Positions 26,994-32,000 of a stretch of DNA of 32,000 nucleotides are shown in pieces. The notes under the pieces were generated by a model. It saw nothing but the letters and a program-made list of their open reading frames with translations, was not told the DNA's origin and did not search any database. Location of the stretch: NCBI RefSeq assembly GCF_000186885.1, contig NC_014972.1, positions 1,650,001 through 1,682,000 on the forward strand, given 5' to 3'. Each line of letters begins with the position of its first letter. The stretch's first letter is position 1. The translations under genes were made by a program, and so were the position numbers. The stretch comes from Desulfobulbus propionicus DSM 2032 (GTDB lineage: Bacteria > Desulfobacterota > Desulfobulbia > Desulfobulbales > Desulfobulbaceae).

Positions 26994-27290
26994 CTACAGC
27001 CGTGCGTACATGCGCGTCGCCCTCTTGTTCCCGCTCTTGTCGAGAACGGTTTCCTGAGATGCGCTGGCTTGTTTTGCCGGCATGACCGGTTCTGCTTGTT
27101 TGTTGCCGGTCAAATCAGCGCAGTGGAAAAAGAGATACCAATCATCCCGCTGCGCGTGCGCCGGTTTCTTTTTCCCTTCCGTGGATGAAGGGCCACCAAA
27201 CAGACGACCCGCCATCCGTCCGGCGACGGTCACTCCATGAATCAGGCAAAGGAGCAGGATGGATCCGGTGAAGAACATATTCGCTTCCAT
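26994..27290 (-). CDS. Small hypothetical membrane-anchored protein
   Basis: MEANMFFTGSILLLCLIHGVTVAGRMAGRLFGG...; 98 aa. Confidence 0.5.
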   Translation of the reverse strand: MEANMFFTGSILLLCLIHGVTVAGRMAGRLFGGPSSTEGKKKPAHAQRDDWYLFFHCADLTGNKQAEPVMPAKQASASQETVLDKSGNKRATRMYARL

Positions 27291-27347
27291 TGTTTCCTCC
27301 TTACGGCTGAAAAGCGTTCTTCTTGAGAGGAAACGAGGCCGGTAACC

Positions 27348-28232
27348 TTATAGAGGATCGCGTACCCCGTTTTTCCCTAATCGTTTCACCACTAAAGTCG
27401 GCAAGGGCGAAATGGCGGCCACCCGTTCCACCACGCTGCCCATGAGCAGGGTCCCCAAAGCCGTTCGACCGTAGGTGCCCAGAACAATCAGATCGATGTG
27501 ATGCTTCTCGCCGTATTTGACGATTTTATCGTACGGCGCACCATGGACGATTTCGGTGGTCACCTTCACGCCCAGGCGTTCGCCCTGGCCGGCAAGGGTT
27601 TGAAGAGGCGGAAAACTCCGTCTTCGCGCCTCTTCCAGAACGCCGTAGAGAAAGCTTCGCTCCAGGGGGATGTCCAGCACGGTCAGGGCATGGACCTCGC
27701 CGCCAAAGGCCAGGGCCAATTCCAGGGCCCGTTGTCCGGCTTCCATGCTGTAGCGGGAACCGTCGATTCCGACCAGGATCCGGGAGAAGTTGATCGCCGA
27801 ATGTTCCGGAATCATCAGGACATCGCAGGGGCTGCATCCAATCACCTTGGCGGTGGTTCTTCCCAGGAAGACCCGTTCCAGCGTTGATCGTTTGGGGTAG
27901 CCCATCAGCACCAGCCCCGCGTTTTCCTGCTCCGCCGCATGCACGATCTCCTCGGTCGGATCGCCGATGGCGTGCAGGGTGCGCAACGGCTGTCCGGCGG
28001 TCAACGCCTCCTGCCTGGCGTCTTCCAGGCACTGGATGAACGGCTGGCTGAGCTGCTGGTCGGCGTTGGCGATTTTCCACCGATGCATGTTGCCCTCGTA
28101 TCGGGGCGTCACCGAGATGGCGATCAGTTGTGCTTTGAGAAAAAGGGCCAGGCGCAGCGCCTGCTGAAATACCGCCTGGCTTGATTTGCCCGGGTCCAGG
28201 GCGACAAGGATGGTGCTGATGCCTTCGGTCAT
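27348..28232 (-). CDS. Universal stress protein, two tandem USP domains
   Basis: MTEGISTILVALDPGKSSQAVFQQALRLALFLKAQLIAISVTP... and FSRILVGIDGSRYSMEAGQRALELALAFGGEVHALTVLD...LIVLGTYGRTALGTLLMGSVVERV. Start reset to 28232. Confidence 0.92.
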   Translation of the reverse strand: MTEGISTILVALDPGKSSQAVFQQALRLALFLKAQLIAISVTPRYEGNMHRWKIANADQQLSQPFIQCLEDARQEALTAGQPLRTLHAIGDPTEEIVHAAEQENAGLVLMGYPKRSTLERVFLGRTTAKVIGCSPCDVLMIPEHSAINFSRILVGIDGSRYSMEAGQRALELALAFGGEVHALTVLDIPLERSFLYGVLEEARRRSFPPLQTLAGQGERLGVKVTTEIVHGAPYDKIVKYGEKHHIDLIVLGTYGRTALGTLLMGSVVERVAAISPLPTLVVKRLGKNGVRDPL

Positions 28233-28257
28233 GGCGGTTTCCTCCCGGAGCTGATGA

Positions 28258-29313
28258 TTACCCGTTGGCGGCGATCCTTTCCAATCGCCTTGCCTTGAAC
28301 AGGCTGGACAGGATGATCGACGCCCCCACCAGCAAGGCAAAACACATGATGGCAAAACTGAGTTGGGTCATCAGCTTGACCGCGCCATCGCTCAACAGGA
28401 CCAGATGCAGTTCGTTGAGATACTTGGGGATGGCGAAAAACCGGCTGACCGCGACGATGAGCATGATCGTGGCCATCACGTATTTGATCATGTATTCCTT
28501 GACATAGGTGGTACCGATCGCACCCAGCTGGACGCCAAACAGCGAGCCGGCAAGGATGATCATCACTAGGCGGATGTCGACCATGCCGTAATAGGCCCAA
28601 ATCAGGGTGCCGCCCAATCCCATGACAAAGGCGATGACCAGCTCGGTGGCCGAGGCGACGATACTGGTGGCGCCGATGATGTACATCAACCCCGGCACGC
28701 CGATGAAGCCGCCGACGGCGATGGTGGCCGCCAACATGCCGGTGGCCACGGCGACCGGCACCAGGAACCAGAGACTGATGCGCAGATTGGCGGTCTTGAG
28801 GGTGAGCATCGGCCACAGTTCGATCCGCTGCAGACGCTTGGCCAGGGAGGGGACGCTTTCGCTTGTTCCGCCAGCGCGCTTCATCGTGATGGCGTCGCGC
28901 ATGACAAAGGAACCGACCGTCACCAGCACCAGCACAAAGATGAAGCTGACATACAGGTTGGAACCTGCCTGCCCCCATCTGTCGAGAATGTATTTTTGCA
29001 CCATGATGCCCGCCTGGACACCGATTTCCGCGAAAACGCCCATGATGAGTCCGAGCTTGATATCCACCTGGCCGTATTTGTAGCGCTTGATGGCGCCGAC
29101 CAGGGCCTTGGGGAATTTGTGGCACATGTTGCTGGCCACGGCCACGGTTCCGGGAACTCCGAGGCTCATCATGCCGGGAGTCAGCACAAAGGCCCCGCCG
29201 GAGCCGATGAACCCGCTGACCAGGCCGCCGATGAACCCGACCAGGAAAAGAAAGGTGATCGTGTAGACGTTGAGATCGATGAACTGTATGACTTCACTGA
29301 CTGGGCCGTGCAT
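28258..29313 (-). CDS. Sulfite exporter TauE/SafE family membrane protein
   Basis: FLVGFIGGLVSGFIGSGGAFVLTPGMMSLGVPGTVAVASNMCHKFPKALVGA...IAVGGFIGVPGLMYIIGATSIVASATELVIAF. Confidence 0.9.
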   Translation of the reverse strand: MHGPVSEVIQFIDLNVYTITFLFLVGFIGGLVSGFIGSGGAFVLTPGMMSLGVPGTVAVASNMCHKFPKALVGAIKRYKYGQVDIKLGLIMGVFAEIGVQAGIMVQKYILDRWGQAGSNLYVSFIFVLVLVTVGSFVMRDAITMKRAGGTSESVPSLAKRLQRIELWPMLTLKTANLRISLWFLVPVAVATGMLAATIAVGGFIGVPGLMYIIGATSIVASATELVIAFVMGLGGTLIWAYYGMVDIRLVMIILAGSLFGVQLGAIGTTYVKEYMIKYVMATIMLIVAVSRFFAIPKYLNELHLVLLSDGAVKLMTQLSFAIMCFALLVGASIILSSLFKARRLERIAANG

Positions 29314-29381
29314 GGTGTCCTCCTGTGGGCTGTTGTGACTGCATGTGGTGTGTTAGGCGTTCCATCCCGCTGCCCAGGGTC

Positions 29382-30224
29382 TCAGGCATTCAGCTGCAGC
29401 CGAGGCCGGGTATCCGGACGAGGGGCAACGACCGGCTCCGTGAGCGGACGGTCCTGCTCCACCCGCGGCGCGGCGGTTTTCCTGGAGGCTTCGATCCCGA
29501 GTGCCGACCAGAAGGCGCTGGTGAAGTTGCCGTGGAAAAAGGACACCGCAAAGACCGTTGCCACCGGCAGCACCGCGAACAAACCACCCTTGGCGAAATA
29601 GGTCATTACAACATCCTGGTTGGCAAACACAGCCGCGTACAATCCCGTTGTCAGGGTGCCAAAAAGGAAACAATTCTTCACGTGCCGTTTTCTGCTGGTG
29701 GTGGACATAGCTGTTACTCCTTTGTTGTTGGGGGGATGAATAAGGGTCCTCTTGCGCTGACCTTGGTTGGTTGTGATGACGGGAAAAACAGGAACCGGAG
29801 AATGTTTGGCGACCTCGCCCAGGCGGATGCCCTTGTCGATGATGACGAATTCGATCCGTTTCTTGGCGTGGCAGAGCCGGCTGACGACGACGCCCACCTT
29901 GCCCTCCTCGCGGAGATGCTCGATGGCCACTTTCTTGGTCTTTGCCTTGCCGCGAAACAGAGCCGTGCTCTCTTCCATGGCCGCAGCGAACAGCCGACAG
30001 CGTCTACCGCTGTCCTTGTAAAAGGGAAGGGTGTCGACATGGACCGTGACAATGCCGTAGCCCAGCCGATGGGCCACATTGAGGGCATAGTCCATGACAT
30101 GCTCGGACAGGTGTCCGTTGCGCGTCACCACGAGAATGTAAGGACGATCCTGATGGTGCTCGACCCGGTGGTCGAGGAGGGGCGGGGAGGAGGCTGACGG
30201 ATCACGCCTCTCTATGGCAACCAT
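29382..30224 (-). CDS. USP-like protein fused in frame to a small membrane protein, or two translation units in one frame
   Basis: YILVVTRNGHLSEHVMDYALNVAHRLGYGIVTVHVDTL...VGVVVSRLCHAKKRIEFVIID followed by MSTTSRKRHVKNCFLFGTLTTGLYAAVFANQDVVMTYFAKGGLFAVLPVATVFAVSFFHG; internal ATG at 29708 is preceded by aaaggag (29717-29723). Confidence 0.7.
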   Translation of the reverse strand: MVAIERRDPSASSPPLLDHRVEHHQDRPYILVVTRNGHLSEHVMDYALNVAHRLGYGIVTVHVDTLPFYKDSGRRCRLFAAAMEESTALFRGKAKTKKVAIEHLREEGKVGVVVSRLCHAKKRIEFVIIDKGIRLGEVAKHSPVPVFPVITTNQGQRKRTLIHPPNNKGVTAMSTTSRKRHVKNCFLFGTLTTGLYAAVFANQDVVMTYFAKGGLFAVLPVATVFAVSFFHGNFTSAFWSALGIEASRKTAAPRVEQDRPLTEPVVAPRPDTRPRLQLNA

Positions 30225-30714
30225 GTTTCGCCTCCCAGCGGATTGTTTCTCAAGAGTTGAATGGGTTCTGCCCTGCTATACCAAGAACCGTGCCATTGGG
30301 GGTTTTTTGCATATCATCCTGATGTGACAATATTTTTTTCTTGTTGTCGATCGGGCGGCCAGGACGACGATTGTTGCAAAAAGAAACACTGGTCCGACAA
30401 TAGACTATTGAGGCCCTCTGGAGTGTTGCATTGTGCAACTTTTGCTTTGCTGGGCTGCAACAGGGGCGGGTGCAAGGACGTCCTTGGCAGGGGGTGTCAA
30501 GGGCGGTGGAAGCGGCAGGAATCGTTGTTTTGCTCCCTGATCAGGGGGAAGCCCGGTCGATGCCAGACTTCGATAAGGCATTAGTCTTGCAAAAATTCTC
30601 CTGTCGTTTGTATATCCACAGAAGCCGGACGTCCTTTCATCGGGTATGGGCGCCATTCAAGGCCTCCCGGAGGATCATCGTCAATGGACAGTCAAACAAT
30701 ACGGGGAAATCGAT

Positions 30715-32000
30715 ATGTTTTTTAAAAAACGGATTGAACCTGCCGAAGAGACCTCTCGGCATCAGACAGCCCCTTCCTCTCCTTCGCCGCTGGATCTGCT
30801 GCGCGGCAGGATCAGGGAGGCGCACCTCCCCCATCTGGTCATGGAAGCGGTGACCGGCGAGTTGGAAAAGCTGGAAAAGACGGAACCGGCGGTGGCGGAA
30901 TATTCGGTGGGGTTCAACTACATCGAACTGGTGCTCAGTCTGCCGTGGAATGTCTCGTCACAGTGCACCTTCGATCTGGAGCGGGCGCAGCGTGTTCTCG
31001 ATACCCGCCATTACGGCCTGGCCCAGGTCAAACAACGCATTCTCGAGTTCTTGGCGGCCAAAACCCTGTGCAGCAAGGCACGGCAGTCCATCTTGATTGT
31101 CGATGACGAGGAAATCGCCCGCGCCAACATGGAGCATGTGCTCAAGAAGGAAGGCTATGCGTGCCATTGCGCCAGCCACGGTGCCGAGGCCCTGGAGATC
31201 ATGGCGCGCGAGGATATCGACTTGATCATCACCGATCTGAAGATGGAGCGGATGGATGGCATCGAGCTGCTGCAGCATGTCAACCGGACCTCGCCCGAGA
31301 TCCCGGTGATCATGGTCACTGGGTTCGCCACGGTCAGTTCGGCGGTGGACGCCCTGAAAAAGGGCGCGGCCCACTATCTGGGCAAGCCGGTCAACCTTGA
31401 TGAGTTGCGCAAGACGGTCAAGGAGGTGCTGGAGAAGAAATTGTTCGTGCAGATGGGCAAGGGACCGATCCTCTGCTTCACCGGCCCTCCGGGCACAGGC
31501 AAGACCTCGGTGGGCAAGGCGATCGCCGAGGCGTTGCAGCGCCAGTTCATCCGCATTTCCCTAGCCGGCCTGCGCGACGAGGCGGAACTGCGCGGCCACC
31601 GGCGGACCTATGTCGGCGCCCTGCCCGGACGGGTGATCACCGAGCTGAAGCGGGCCGGGGTCAACAATCCGGTGCTGATGCTCGATGAAATCGACAAAAT
31701 CGGCCAGGATTTCCGTGGCGATCCCGCCTCGGTCCTCCTTGAGGTGCTCGATCCGGAACAGAACACCCATTTCACCGACCATTATCTCGAACTGCCCTTT
31801 GATTTGTCGCGGGTCATGTTCATCGCCACGGCCAACGATGTGTCCACTCTGCCCCGGCCGCTGCTCGATCGCATGGAGTGCATCGAATTCTCGGGCTACA
31901 CGGAAAAGGAAAAACTGCATATCGCGCAACAGTTCATCCTCCCCCGTCAACTCAAGCTCGCCGGGCTGTCCAAATTCTCTGTCGCTTTCACGTCCGAGGC
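30715..32000 (+). CDS. Lon-type AAA+ protease with embedded response-regulator receiver (REC) domain, lacking the LAN domain; truncated by right edge
   Basis: Translated by hand: MFFKKRIEPAEETSRHQTAPSSPSPLDLLRGRIREAHLPHLVMEAVTGELEKLEKTEPAVAEYSVGFNYIELVLSLPWNVSSQCTFDLERAQRVLDTRHYGLAQVKQRILEFLAAKTLCSKARQ|SILIVDDEEIARANMEHVLKKEGYACHCASHGAEALEIMAREDIDLIITDLKMERMDGIELLQHVNRTSPEIPVIMVTGFATVSSAVDALKKGAAHYLGKPVNLDELRKTVKEVLEKK|LFVQMGKGPILCFTGPPGTGKTSVGKAIAEALQRQFIRISLAGLRDEAELRGHRRTYVGALPGRVITELKRAGVNNPVLMLDEIDKIGQDFRGDPASVLLEVLDPEQNTHFTDHYLELPFDLSRVMFIATANDVSTLPRPLLDRMECIEFSGYTEKEKLHIAQQFILPRQLKLAGLSKFSVAFTSE... No stop through 32000; not in the supplied ORF track. Confidence 0.93.
   Translation, partial: MFFKKRIEPAEETSRHQTAPSSPSPLDLLRGRIREAHLPHLVMEAVTGELEKLEKTEPAVAEYSVGFNYIELVLSLPWNVSSQCTFDLERAQRVLDTRHYGLAQVKQRILEFLAAKTLCSKARQSILIVDDEEIARANMEHVLKKEGYACHCASHGAEALEIMAREDIDLIITDLKMERMDGIELLQHVNRTSPEIPVIMVTGFATVSSAVDALKKGAAHYLGKPVNLDELRKTVKEVLEKKLFVQMGKGPILCFTGPPGTGKTSVGKAIAEALQRQFIRISLAGLRDEAELRGHRRTYVGALPGRVITELKRAGVNNPVLMLDEIDKIGQDFRGDPASVLLEVLDPEQNTHFTDHYLELPFDLSRVMFIATANDVSTLPRPLLDRMECIEFSGYTEKEKLHIAQQFILPRQLKLAGLSKFSVAFTSE

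Noticed and set aside
31374-31950. Minus-strand ORFs 31374..31556 and 31561..31950
   Set aside because: Shadows of the unlisted REC-Lon gene, which runs off the window on the plus strand.
1-32000. CRISPR arrays, tRNA and rRNA genes, phage modules or classic restriction/CBASS-type defence systems
   Set aside because: No regularly spaced short repeats, no recognisable RNA gene sequence, and no signature proteins seen by eye; a tRNAscan/Infernal/DefenseFinder run would be needed to be certain.

Overview
High-GC bacterial chromosomal window. Gene content (Hcp, flavodiiron protein, LctP/LUD, TauE-USP) suggests a sulfate-reducer-like anaerobe of Desulfobulbales type; this taxonomy is an inference. 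The left end is accessory: the tail of an RHS-repeat protein with a variable C-terminal toxin-like tip and a small membrane immunity candidate, a decayed second RHS fragment, and an IS4-family-like element. The IS has an 18-bp perfect terminal inverted repeat and a 7-bp target duplication, and it landed exactly on the start codon of a NifX/NifB-like gene. The rest is mostly ordinary: SH3b-NlpC/P60 protein, GNAT, lactate permease, Tex, LUD protein, a same-strand run of oxygen/NO-stress genes (DUF1566, hemerythrin, DUF488, flavodiiron protein, PAS, ferredoxin, Hcp, HPP, CBS) with a perfect 18-bp FNR/CRP-like palindrome, LbtU-like porin, DtxR-like regulator, dCMP deaminase, DEAD-box helicase, DUF202, and USP/TauE genes. 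The most notable item runs off the right edge and is absent from the supplied ORF track: an open frame from 30715 (+) encoding a Lon-type AAA+ protease in which a complete response-regulator receiver (REC/CheY-like) domain sits between the Lon helical region (SLPWN...ILEFLAAKTL) and the Walker A motif (GPPGTGKTS). The usual Lon N-terminal substrate-binding domain is missing. No tRNA, rRNA or CRISPR array was recognised.
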